Shown here piece after piece: positions 53,193 through 63,300 of a stretch of DNA of 64,000 bases. Numbering within the stretch: position 1 is the first letter of the stretch; each line of letters opens with the position of its first letter. Origin of the DNA: Verrucomicrobiota bacterium (GTDB lineage Bacteria; Verrucomicrobiota; Verrucomicrobiia; Limisphaerales; AAA164-E04); assembly GCA_047947115.1 (NCBI GenBank), contig CP170459.1, positions 416,001 through 480,000 of the forward strand. Reading direction: 5' to 3'. The notes below the pieces were generated by a model. The model did no database searches. It saw only the letters and a list, made by a program, of their open reading frames with translations, and was not told the origin of the DNA. The position numbers and the translations under genes are program-made.

Positions 53193-54635
53193 TCAGACAA
53201 TCGTAGGAACAACGAACGGTTTACGATAAACCCGGGTCAGCATTTCGTTGGCCCGGTCGTTACCAAGGAATGCGGTGCGGGTGGCATCCATCTTCAAATG
53301 CTGTCCGAAAGTTACAGGGGTGGCGTTCAAATCCACGTCGTTGACCTGAATGTGCTCCAGCATTCGACCAATGGATTCAGCAGCCAGTGCGTCTCCTTTG
53401 ATTTCCTCAAGGATTTGCCCCGGTGAGGCATTTCCCCCCAGGTAATAGGAAATATTGCCGGTGTGGCACAAGGCGCTGGACACATGCCCTTCCCAGATGT
53501 CGGCGTTCAAATCTTCGCGCTTACGACTGCGAACGCCTTGGATGAAGTTGGCGAAGTGATCCCCTCCTCCGGAGAATTTGCGAATCTCTTTTCCATTATG
53601 CTCGTAAGCAGTGGCTGTGCTGTAGGAAGGAATCACCATGTAACCATTTTCACAATCCACCACCAAACCGACTTCCACTCCCCGATAGTTGGGACGTTCA
53701 TTGTTTTGGGCATAGGATCCCAACCCACGCACTTCAAAAATCAAAGGAGCTTTTTCATAGTTATGAAAAACGATCTGGGTATTGGCAGTATTCCCGTCAT
53801 CAATGTAACCGAGACGACCACCGATACTGAACACTTCTGGCGAAAGGTTATCCTCACCCAGCACCCAGCGGGCGATGTCCATTTGATGAATGCCCTGGTT
53901 ACCAAGATCACCGTTTCCTGTGTCACGCACCCAGTGCCAATCATAATGCAGTTTTTCGCGCATGAGTGGTTTTAATGGAGCCGGTCCGGTCCAAATATCA
54001 AAATCGATATTCTTGGGAACGGCCTGAGGTCCATCAACTTTACCAATGGACTTGCGCCGTTTGTAACACAGACCGCGTGCCACCCTAATCTTGCCCAATT
54101 TGCCTTGCTGCAGGTATTGAACGGCTTCCTGCATGCCCGGATTGGAACGGCATTGGGTTCCGGTCTGCACGATCTTGTTGTATTTACGGGCTGCATTGAC
54201 GATCTGCTGTCCTTCCCAGACGTTGTGGGAAACAGGTTTTTCGACGTATACATCCTTGCCTGCGAGAATCGCTTCCACACTGATCAGGGAATGCGTGTGA
54301 TTCGGGGTTGCAATGGAAACCACATCGATTTCCTTGTCTTCCAAAAGTCGACGGTAATCGGAATAAGCTTTCAGTTTTTGACCGGGTTTGCTGTAACGCT
54401 CCACGCCCTGCTCCAGCACGTCCAAATCCACATCGCACAAGGCGACGAGTCGAACTCCAGGGAGGTTGCTGAACCCGTCGATGTGACTTTTCCCGCGGCT
54501 GCGGAAACCGACCACACCGACTCGGATTTCGTCATTTGCTCCCAGCACCTTGTTAATGGGGTCAACCATGGCAAAGGCCGCTCCAGCGGCTGCGCTGCTT
54601 TTTAAAAATCGTCGTCGATTCACAGTTTGATTCAT
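53193..54635 (-). CDS. Gfo/Idh/MocA oxidoreductase with a Tat signal
   Basis: NRRRFLK, IATPNHTH, DVYVEKP, VQTGTQCRS, GNQGIHQMD. Confidence 0.95.
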   Translation of the reverse strand: MNQTVNRRRFLKSSAAAGAAFAMVDPINKVLGANDEIRVGVVGFRSRGKSHIDGFSNLPGVRLVALCDVDLDVLEQGVERYSKPGQKLKAYSDYRRLLEDKEIDVVSIATPNHTHSLISVEAILAGKDVYVEKPVSHNVWEGQQIVNAARKYNKIVQTGTQCRSNPGMQEAVQYLQQGKLGKIRVARGLCYKRRKSIGKVDGPQAVPKNIDFDIWTGPAPLKPLMREKLHYDWHWVRDTGNGDLGNQGIHQMDIARWVLGEDNLSPEVFSIGGRLGYIDDGNTANTQIVFHNYEKAPLIFEVRGLGSYAQNNERPNYRGVEVGLVVDCENGYMVIPSYSTATAYEHNGKEIRKFSGGGDHFANFIQGVRSRKREDLNADIWEGHVSSALCHTGNISYYLGGNASPGQILEEIKGDALAAESIGRMLEHIQVNDVDLNATPVTFGQHLKMDATRTAFLGNDRANEMLTRVYRKPFVVPTIV

Positions 54636-54676
54636 AAGATTGTTTCGTTGATTTAATGAAATGTCAGGGATGCCAA

Positions 54677-55654
54677 TTATTCCTTGGCATACAAATCGTA
54701 GCGGTTAGCGACCTGAGCACTTCCAGAGTCTCCACGATGGAAGTAAAATCGATACTTCCAGCTCTGGGATTGTCCGTTCTTGATAATCAAGTTTCCGGTT
54801 CCTGCTTCCTTACGTTCGAAATGATGGACACCAAAAGGATTCGCGGCAAACAAACCGTAATCACGCACATGCCACCAGGTAGGGTGACGTGGATTTTCGG
54901 GATGATCAAAGATGGCCACGCCAACTTCCTTACCTTTGACGGGACCATAGTAGTCCACCCATTTGGCGCGCTTGCCCCAGGTATCACCGTCTTTCACGCC
55001 TTCGCTGTTAACAATATGACCTTGGGCCACTTCACCCTTTAAACGCATGGTCGGAGCCAAACGCAGAGCCATGCTGCCTTCCTTGGTATCGCCCATCACC
55101 ATCTCTCCATGCGAAGCGCGCACCTCGATATCAAAATCAACGATACGTTCGGAGCCTGGGCGGTTGTGGATGGTCATGGCCCTAACATCCGATCCCACAA
55201 TGGTTCCATCCTTGGCAACCAAATGATTCAGGGTTTTGATAACTCCCTTGTTTCGACCGGAACGAATCTGCAGGAAAGCAATGTGCTTGGTCGTGCCGGC
55301 GCGATCAGCTTCGGACCAGAAATCATGCCCGTTGATATCGCCGTGCGCATACCAGAAGGATTTGTGGTGGGGATGATCATGAGCCTCACCTTCTCCGTCT
55401 CCCATAGGCCAGTTCCGCGTCATGGGCAAACTGTCAGGTCCAATCACCGGATGAAAGTAAGGCCGGGTCACATCTTCAAAATGGTAATCGGAAAAGAACT
55501 CACCGTTTATTTCAATACGCAGCTTGCCATCTTGAGGGGATATCAGGACACCCTTGAACGAAGTTTCACCGGCAACGGCATTCACACTCAAAAGCATGAC
55601 TGCAGCAACAAAGCCACATGCCACCCGGACCATCGAATATGGGGAGGAATTCAT
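54677..55654 (-). CDS. DUF6807 ('PmoA-like' Pfam) exported protein
   Basis: RPYFHPV, DHPHHKSFW, GDTKEG, DHPENP..WHVRDYGLFAANPFG. Start set at MNSSPYSMVRV. Confidence 0.85.
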   Translation of the reverse strand: MNSSPYSMVRVACGFVAAVMLLSVNAVAGETSFKGVLISPQDGKLRIEINGEFFSDYHFEDVTRPYFHPVIGPDSLPMTRNWPMGDGEGEAHDHPHHKSFWYAHGDINGHDFWSEADRAGTTKHIAFLQIRSGRNKGVIKTLNHLVAKDGTIVGSDVRAMTIHNRPGSERIVDFDIEVRASHGEMVMGDTKEGSMALRLAPTMRLKGEVAQGHIVNSEGVKDGDTWGKRAKWVDYYGPVKGKEVGVAIFDHPENPRHPTWWHVRDYGLFAANPFGVHHFERKEAGTGNLIIKNGQSQSWKYRFYFHRGDSGSAQVANRYDLYAKE

Positions 55655-55874
55655 GAATCCGATGATGGGAAAGTCTCTGAATTTTGCAACAAAAACCCAC
55701 GTCAAACTTTTCTGATGATTCCCGCCCCTCAAGCATGATTTTCCAATCATCGGTTTTGGAAATGAGAAATTGCTGAAGCCTGATACAGGCGAATAAAGGA
55801 AGCAAATATTGTCAGGTTCAAACCAAAAAAAGCAGATACAGATCCACGGAATCCATATTAATATAGATTCAACC

Positions 55875-56279
55875 ATGAAAGGAAAGATGATGAAACGGAA
55901 ACTGAACAAACTCTATTTACTGGCTGCAGTCGCAGTCGCCGTTCAATGCTCGGTGAATGTTTTGGCTGCGGAAAAAGATGAAGTCGATCCACGAAGAGTC
56001 ATTCCATTGTACAAGAGGCACTGTGCCATATGCCATGGTCTTGACGGAAAAGGTGAAACCACAGGTGGAGAAAAAGCTGGAGTATTGGACTACACCGACC
56101 CAAAAGTCGGCGAAAAGCTGAAGGACATCAAAAAAGCAACCTTGAGCGTCTCAATGGGAATGAAAGACAAGGAAGGCAAAATGCTCATGGCACCCTTCGA
56201 ACGAAAACTTAAGCCCGCCGAAATTGTCGCTTTGGTTAAATATCTGGAGAAATTCTCCAAGCCCCAAAAAGATTCCTGA
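55875..56279 (+). CDS. Periplasmic monoheme cytochrome c (paralog of 46592..46993)
   Basis: Signal peptide, CAICHGLDGKGET, GMKDKEGKMLMAPF. Confidence 0.9.
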   Translation: MKGKMMKRKLNKLYLLAAVAVAVQCSVNVLAAEKDEVDPRRVIPLYKRHCAICHGLDGKGETTGGEKAGVLDYTDPKVGEKLKDIKKATLSVSMGMKDKEGKMLMAPFERKLKPAEIVALVKYLEKFSKPQKDS

Positions 56280-56344
56280 TCCAACAGAGAATCATTCATT
56301 TAACTACCCAAAACCTCCGCACCCAGTAATGTGGCGTGGAGGCT

Positions 56345-57100
56345 TTATTTTGCGAGTGCCACGTGGAAAATCAACCAATACCCGATGGACATAAGCGTCA
56401 GATCCACGATAATGTGGGAGATCCAGGCTCCAATGAGGGAACGATGTCGAATCATCAACCAGGACCAGATTCCTCCTCCTACTCCGACCGCGATTCCAAA
56501 AACCCACCCCATAGCGCCTTCGAAAAATTGGGTGGTCACCACGATGTGATGGGACGCAAAAGCAAGTGCACCCACCACATGAGCCAGCACTTTGGATTTT
56601 AAAAACCGATGTAAATGTCCAAAAACAAACCAACGCCAGTAATATTCCTCCAGAAAACTATGGAGCAGTGAAATAAAGAGCCCGAACAGGATGAAATGTG
56701 ACAGCACCCCCATCTGCTCCGCCTTATCGCGCACGACACCAGCCTGATCACGAACGGCCTCCCCCAAAGGAGAAATCAGCACCGCCACAATGGCTCCGGA
56801 CATCGCCAATCCCCATCCCGTGCCCTCCGCCAATATTCGTTTACGAAACACCAGGAGTCCCCGGAATCCTTTCAAGTCCTCGCGAAGGATCCAACAAACG
56901 GCAATCAACGGCCACAGAACCGTAAACACCTTGACACCAGCATATACTGACTGCACCCAGCTGGAATTGGCAAACCAGACGAAATAAAGAAGCGCTCCCA
57001 GGAACGGCGTCACCAACGCGGGCAACACGGCGAAGAGCCAAACAGATGGATGTGTATGATCAGATGTTTTCACTATCTTCGAAAGCTTCGCTTCAACCAA
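56345..57100 (-). CDS. CPBP (Abi/CAAX type II) intramembrane glutamic endopeptidase
   Basis: EEYYWR, FASHH, SHIIVD motifs; multiple TM helices; start uncertain. Confidence 0.9.
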   Translation of the reverse strand: MVEAKLSKIVKTSDHTHPSVWLFAVLPALVTPFLGALLYFVWFANSSWVQSVYAGVKVFTVLWPLIAVCWILREDLKGFRGLLVFRKRILAEGTGWGLAMSGAIVAVLISPLGEAVRDQAGVVRDKAEQMGVLSHFILFGLFISLLHSFLEEYYWRWFVFGHLHRFLKSKVLAHVVGALAFASHHIVVTTQFFEGAMGWVFGIAVGVGGGIWSWLMIRHRSLIGAWISHIIVDLTLMSIGYWLIFHVALAK

Positions 57101-57334
57101 TCCCTTGTACGCTACAGCAACTGAGTTGTTACATTTTTAAAAACATTGAGGAATTATCTGCCGCCGATAATACATGGACCCACAATCAGCAAAAGTGCAT
57201 ACAGGCGGCACCTGGTAAAAAAACTCACCCAAGCCAACCATGCAAAGCAACCACTACACATTCATTTAAAAACGCTTACAACACAAAGTCGGCACTTGTC
57301 AGAAAATGGAGGACATTTTTTTCCAAATTTCCTG

Positions 57335-57363
57335 TTGACGCATCCTGAAAATGGCGTTTTATT
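57335..57363 (+). promoter_or_regulatory. Sigma70-like promoter for the candidate sRNA
   Basis: TTGACG-17 nt-TTTATT, preceded by an AT-rich UP-like tract. Confidence 0.5.
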
Positions 57364-57369
57364 AGAGCC

Positions 57370-57548
57370 ATAACTTTTAGGATTTCCGAGTCGGTGAGTC
57401 TCATTAGCTTGCTTTCTCAAAAAGCTTTTTGGTTGAAGCGGGAGACCGTGGAGATCAGAATCCTGCATTGTCCTACTTATTAGTGTAAATACTGGTTCTG
57501 GAAATTCCCCGGGCCCTTAGCCACCCTCTGGTGATAGGGCCCGGTTTT
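57370..57548 (+). ncRNA. Candidate structured small RNA (6S-like rod) with intrinsic terminator
   Basis: 5' GGATTTCC-GAGTCGGT pairs with 3' ACTGGTTC-T-GGAAATTCC. Inner helices flank an unpaired bubble, and the apex is GCGG-GAGA-CCGT. The terminator is CCGGGCCCT...AGGGCCCGG-TTTT. No credible ORF. Confidence 0.5.
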
Positions 57549-57613
57549 GATGTACCCATGCAACTTTTTCCACAAAAAATTTAGCTCCCCCCACTCAAAA
57601 CAAGCATTTCCGC

Positions 57614-57642
57614 TTGCGGGATATACTGGCATTCACCACAAT
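57614..57642 (+). promoter_or_regulatory. Sigma70-like promoter of def (probably leaderless transcript)
   Basis: TTGCGG-17 nt-CACAAT, 6 nt before the ATG. Confidence 0.5.
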
Positions 57643-57648
57643 TTCGCC

Positions 57649-58215
57649 ATGATTTTGCCCATCGTTAAATATGGTCATCCCACATTGCGACAGAAAGGCG
57701 ACGCTGTGGATACATTTGACGCAGCGTTGGAACAGTTTGTCGACGACATGCTGGACACCATGTACGATGCAGATGGAGTAGGCCTTGCAGCACAACAAGT
57801 AGGTAAAGCAACACAGGTTACCGTCATCGATGTATCCCAGGTGGAAGACCGCCCCTCGACGATGGCCGTTGAAGGAAAGGAAGTCCCCATCCCCGACTTC
57901 ATGCCGTTGGTACTGATCAACCCGGCCGTAAAACCCCTCAACGAAATGGTAAAAGGACCCGAGGGTTGTCTCAGTTTTCCAGAAATCTATGCTGATATCG
58001 AACGCCCTGAATCGGTTGAGGTCAGCGCTCAGGACCACAAAGGGAACTCATTCACTTTTACTTGCGGAGGCCTGCTGGCAAAGGCTGTTCAGCATGAAGT
58101 CGACCATTTGAAAGGAATTCTTTTCATCGACCGAATGGAACGAAAAGACAAGGACAAACTGAGACATATCCTGGAAGCCATGAGGGAAACAACTCAGAAG
58201 GAATTGCCCCAGTAA
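57649..58215 (+). CDS. def: Peptide deformylase
   Basis: GVGLAAQQVG, EGCLSFP, QHEVDHLKG. Start set at MILPIVKYG. Confidence 0.97.
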   Translation: MILPIVKYGHPTLRQKGDAVDTFDAALEQFVDDMLDTMYDADGVGLAAQQVGKATQVTVIDVSQVEDRPSTMAVEGKEVPIPDFMPLVLINPAVKPLNEMVKGPEGCLSFPEIYADIERPESVEVSAQDHKGNSFTFTCGGLLAKAVQHEVDHLKGILFIDRMERKDKDKLRHILEAMRETTQKELPQ

Positions 58216-58230
58216 CCCTCACCCAGCAAC

Positions 58231-59715
58231 TCAGACATATTGCTTCCTCAAATGAGAGGGAAGAATGTTCAATTCATTTCTATACTTAGCAACGGTTCGG
58301 CGAGCGATTTTGATGTCTTTTAAAAGCAGGTTCTTCACGATTTGATCGTCCGAAAGCGGCTTGGAGGGATCTTCAGACCGAACCATGTCCTGGATAATAT
58401 CCTTAACACTGGCATTGGAAACATTTTCACCCGAAGCAGTCTGAATACCTGAAGTAAAAAAGAACTTCATTTCAAAAATACCCTGGGGACATTGGAGATA
58501 TTTACCAGACACAGCACGACTAACCGTTGTCTCATGCACTCCCACCTGCTCTGCCACCTGCATCATGGTCATGGGCTTCAGATGTGAGATACCATTATCA
58601 AAAAATTCTTTTTGGCGACGAAGAATCTCCTTGGCTATGTTGGTGATGGTTTGTTGCCGTTGATCAATGCTCTTGATGAGGAATTTCCCAGTACGAATCT
58701 TTTCCCTTATGTATTCTTTAAGTTCGGCTGCGCTGGCTGATTCAGATAACAAATCTTTGTAAGTATTACTGATTCGAATTCGGGGAATATGATCGTTGTT
58801 GGTCGAGATGGAATATTCCCCATCTTCATTACGAGTCACAAACACTTCGGGAGCCACATAAGTTTCCCCATCATTTCGATAGGCATTGCCAGGCCTCGGA
58901 TCCAGTCCGCTGATACGTTCAGCAGCTTGAACCACATGCTCAAGAGAAGCCCCTAATTCGCGTGCAATCTCGGGAAATTTCCGCTTGCCAAGCAACTTGA
59001 AGCATTTTTCGAGGATGCGATACTCTAGACTCTGTTCACGCTCATTTCGCGCCAACTGCAGCATCAAACATTCACGCAGATCTCTCGCACCTACCCCGGC
59101 AGGATCAAAACTTTGAATCAGATCAAGAATACTTTGAATCGTCTCGCGCGGTGTGTTGGTGGAAAACACCAATTCATCAACAGATGCCTTCAGGTAACCC
59201 GTCTCATCAATGTTGCCAATAATCAGATCCGCAATCTGCTGGAGAGAGTCATCCAAATCGGACAACCTCACTTGATCCCGCAAGGTTTCCTGAAGAGACG
59301 TGGTGGTTGTCAGACTATCAAACATGTGCTGACGACGTTCCTCATCGTCCTTGGAATGCCTCGGCGCAGGCAAAGCGGTCTCAGAAAAGTAATCACGCCA
59401 TTCCTGATCCATCTGCGACAACTTCTCAATTTGTGACTCCCATTCTTCGGAGGAAGGGCCGTCGTCCCCTGAGGGGAAATCCTCTGAACCGGAATCTCCA
59501 TCGGATGAGCCGTCACCGGAGTTGTCAGAGCTGTCCTTGCTGTTCTGATCTTGCTCCAGAATTTCTTCCAGCACAGGGTTCAGCTCGAGCTCCTGATTGA
59601 CCAGAGCTTTCAATTCCAACATGGGCGCCTGCAACAAAGCAAGCGACTGCTGGAGCTGGGGCGCCAGCATCTGCTGGAGCGCCATTCTCTGTGATAAATA
59701 AAGGCCCTGTGCCAT
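58231..59715 (-). CDS. rpoN: RNA polymerase sigma-54 factor
   Basis: Gln/Leu-rich region I, DPAGVGARDLRECL, HETTVSRA, RpoN box ARRTVAKYR. Confidence 0.98.
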   Translation of the reverse strand: MAQGLYLSQRMALQQMLAPQLQQSLALLQAPMLELKALVNQELELNPVLEEILEQDQNSKDSSDNSGDGSSDGDSGSEDFPSGDDGPSSEEWESQIEKLSQMDQEWRDYFSETALPAPRHSKDDEERRQHMFDSLTTTTSLQETLRDQVRLSDLDDSLQQIADLIIGNIDETGYLKASVDELVFSTNTPRETIQSILDLIQSFDPAGVGARDLRECLMLQLARNEREQSLEYRILEKCFKLLGKRKFPEIARELGASLEHVVQAAERISGLDPRPGNAYRNDGETYVAPEVFVTRNEDGEYSISTNNDHIPRIRISNTYKDLLSESASAAELKEYIREKIRTGKFLIKSIDQRQQTITNIAKEILRRQKEFFDNGISHLKPMTMMQVAEQVGVHETTVSRAVSGKYLQCPQGIFEMKFFFTSGIQTASGENVSNASVKDIIQDMVRSEDPSKPLSDDQIVKNLLLKDIKIARRTVAKYRNELNILPSHLRKQYV

Positions 59716-59726
59716 AAGCGAGACAC

Positions 59727-59755
59727 AATATGCACCCAGACGTTGAACTTTTCAA
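59727..59755 (-). promoter_or_regulatory. Sigma70-like promoter of rpoN
   Basis: Minus strand TTGAAA-17 nt-CATATT, 11 nt before the ATG. Confidence 0.5.
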
Positions 59756-59798
59756 GCCAAACAGGCATGAAGTTTGCTGCACTTTGCAAGTCTTTGAA

Positions 59799-60290
59799 TC
59801 AGGAAGCCTTCTTGCTGGCAGCTTCCTCGGCTTCTCGCTTCAATCGCGAGAAATTCCCCTCCTCACAACAATGCACAAATCCTTCGGTCACAGATTTCAA
59901 CTGCTCCCACCGCTCACGTATGTCCGCAGCTTCGGCATTGTTGATATGGTTGTCGGCAGCCGCGCAAGCCACCACAGACAACAAATCGGCAAACTCTTGA
60001 ATAATGGTATTGGTGGCCGGAATTAGAAAATCAGGATGCGCATGAACATGCTTAGGGTTCCGAATAAAGAAGCCTCCAGCCTTTTCGCATATCCATTGAA
60101 GCAATCGCTGATCCTGCGTACTTTGAATCAGCGCCTCTATACGGTCCAAGGGATTTGGTGTGCCACTACCCGTTTCACCGGTAGCTTCACCCCACTTATA
60201 TATCATGGACAGCGACAAGCCCATGTCATCGGCAATCTGTTTGGGACTGCCATCCTTGAACACATCTCGCAGGAGCTCATGTGACTGCAT
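59799..60290 (-). CDS. Putative DNA-binding protein, phage regulatory CII (CP76)-like
   Basis: N-terminal HTH-like KQIADDMGLSLSMIYKW, NPLDRI, and a helical C-terminus with AAADNHI..EA..IR..W. Confidence 0.7.
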   Translation of the reverse strand: MQSHELLRDVFKDGSPKQIADDMGLSLSMIYKWGEATGETGSGTPNPLDRIEALIQSTQDQRLLQWICEKAGGFFIRNPKHVHAHPDFLIPATNTIIQEFADLLSVVACAAADNHINNAEAADIRERWEQLKSVTEGFVHCCEEGNFSRLKREAEEAASKKAS

Positions 60291-60354
60291 AAGCCATTAT
60301 AAGATCAGGACTCCCCGGGATGGCAAGGAAAGATAAGGTATTTAGATTAGATAC

Positions 60355-63300
60355 TCAGGGTGTCGGCAACTGATCCACCCGATAAAAACGAGGAGACTGC
60401 AACCCCCCGGTCAAAGAACCATCGTCACTGAATTCAAATGAATTTGTGCCTGAGGAAACCGTCTCAGGAATCTCCAGCCATGGCCCACCCAAAGCATCCG
60501 CAAAGGATACTCGATAAGCCATACCGGAAACCCCGGTCCACTTCACTTTGACCTGGCCATTTTCAAGCGTCACAGAATCGATGGTTGCGGGAATCACGCC
60601 CCCCCCAACCCCCTGCCCGTCTCCAGCGACAACCCCATCCACCAGCGCAATGCGATAAAACTGATGACTGGAGGGCAGAGCGATGCAATGTGTCAACGAA
60701 TCAACCGAGGCTGCCAAAGAATCAATGACCTCCCATTGATCTGATTGGATGTCAAAAAGGCCTTGAACTTGATAAGATTTACCCTCCAAAGGCTGCCAGG
60801 TCAGACAGATCTGATTGTCACTCACCGCCAGCACCGGATCAATGTAGGAGGAAACCGACGGCTCGGGTTCAAGCCCCGGATCCGGACTATCGGCTAATTC
60901 TGCTATTCTGAAACTTCGATACACTGTCGGCAGTCCCAGGCAATACCGTGTGTCAACCTGATCCGCGGTGACACGCTCTATGTCTTTCCAGTCGGAAGAA
61001 CCCAACACCTCGACACCCTGAACAACGTAAGCACTTCCAGGAGTGGAGGACCACCCCAAACAGAGCTGCCCTGTGTTGTCCAGAGCCAAGGTCGGATCGA
61101 TGAACCCAACCACTTCCTGATTATCCGGTGGTGTCACCACTCCCCCGACACGAACTCGGAAGAAACGATAAACAGTCGGCAGATCTGCACAAAAACGGGT
61201 CGTTTCACCGACAGCCACTACCTGCTCCACTTCCTCCCAAGCAACATCCAGTAATCCCGATCTTGCTTCGATGGTAAACACATCTCCCGCCTGCGAGGAC
61301 CACTCGAGACAGATCTGGTCATCCACCAAACTCAAAACCGCATCAATAAACACATCCCCGTCAACAGGAGGCGGCTCGGAGCCATCACCAGCCCGAACGC
61401 GCAGGAATCGATACTCACTCGGTAGATCAATACAATAGGATGTGGCGCCCGTATCGGCAGTCACGGTTTCAATGACGGTCCAGTCAGATGCATCCAAGGA
61501 TACCACTCCCTCGATTTGATAACTGCGTCCAGCCTCGGAAACCCAATCAAGACAGATTTGCCCCCCTGCCAGACGGAGTGCCACGTCAACGAATGGCCCA
61601 AGTGCCGGTGGTTCACCCTGCTCCCCGGCAATAATCCGGAAATACTGGTAAGGCGTGTCAATTACCACACAATAAACCGTGGATTCGGCAGCAGCCAGGA
61701 CGCTTGCCACGTCATCCCAATCTCCGGCGGACAAGGTTTGTTTACCCTGAACGGTATAATTTCGATTCACCTCCGAAACCCAAGTGAGACACAGTTGATT
61801 ATCCACCAAGGCCAGAACCGGATCAATGGTTGTGGGCACAGGAGGAACCGGTCCGTCAACAGGCTCAATACGGAAATACCGGAACGGCGTATTCACGTCG
61901 ATGCAATACTCCATGACTTCCATTGCCGCCAAAGCTTGCTCGATTTCAGTCCAATCAACATCCGTCAAACTGGTTCTACCCTGAATGCTATACCGTTGAC
62001 CAACTGTCGCATCCCAGCTTAAACAGATCTGATTCCCTTTAAGAGCGACCACTGGATCGATATAGAAGACAGGCGGCTCCGGAGGTTCCTGTTTGGTTCG
62101 TATGACAACACGGAAGATCTGATGTTCGATCGGGAAATCAAAACATTGCTCACTTAAGATATCGGTCGCGACAATCGGGCCAGCCAAACCATCCCATACA
62201 GGGTCAGCTTCCAGCACTTTGCCTTCCACCCAGTATGTCTGTCCCATCTCGGATTCCCAGGAGACACAGATCTGGTTTCCTTGGAAAAGAATATCAGAAG
62301 GCACTTCGATCACATCTTCGACGATTTCCACCTGTTGCTCTGCCTTGATGCGATAATCCACATCTGTAATACCCCTGTTGATCACGGCCAGATACCAGCG
62401 ACCCGACTGCAGTGCCGGGCTTGAATTTTTGGTGAGAACCACAATCTCATCAACAATCCCTGCATTCACACTGGCCGCATCAAAATCACTCAAAGTGGGA
62501 GCGGAATCTAACTTCACCAGCAAATCAATGTTTCCGTTAAGCCCCCCCTCCAGATTGGAGAGAGTGAAGGTGGTGTCCACCGCATTTTGATCCACATCAA
62601 AATAATAGAGCACAGGCACAGTCGGGGCCCCCGGCGGGTTACCAGTGATGACATTCGTAAACCAGACGCCGTTTTCCAAAGGTATCGGCGCAAAGTCCAC
62701 CGCCTGACTGGCCCTGACACGATAGGTAACTTCATCGGATGTTTCACGATTCACAACTGCCATGAACCATTCACCTCCGCTGACCGGAATCGCCGAGCTT
62801 GCGTCCAGCGTGATTCTCTCAATCTCTGACCCACCGTTCTCACTGGAAACATCAAGATCAGCCAAGGTTGGTATAGAGCCCTTCTTGAGAATCAAATCTA
62901 CATTGGCATCATCTCCACCCATGATGGGTTCAACCACGAATTCCACTTCTTCAGCAGCGGGATCTACCACAAACCGGTAATAATCCATTTCCTCGGGGAA
63001 CCCGTCCTGCTTGATGGCGACGGTATTGGTCATCCAAAGCTGGTTCGTCAGCGTGGTTACCCAAGGCGCATCCACTTCCAGGCTCGCGCGAATCGTAAAA
63101 TTCAAATCCTCCGTCCGCTGATTCAATACCGACATGAACCATCGACCACTTACAGAAGGGAGCACATCATTGGTGTGAACGAGAATCTTGCCACTTCCAG
63201 GACGGTCACCGATCACTGTGGAAGAACGATCATTGTCTATCTGTGTTGGCAGTTCTTCCTGTTTGAGAAGGAACTGCGCGTCTCCATCGGCATTTAAAAT

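Noticed and set aside
54677..55654. Methane monooxygenase PmoA
   Set aside because: The Pfam name is misleading. This is a soluble exported protein with no pmoC or pmoB and no polytopic topology.
59799..60290. Prophage remnant
   Set aside because: No integrase, structural or replication genes; the neighbours are core genes.
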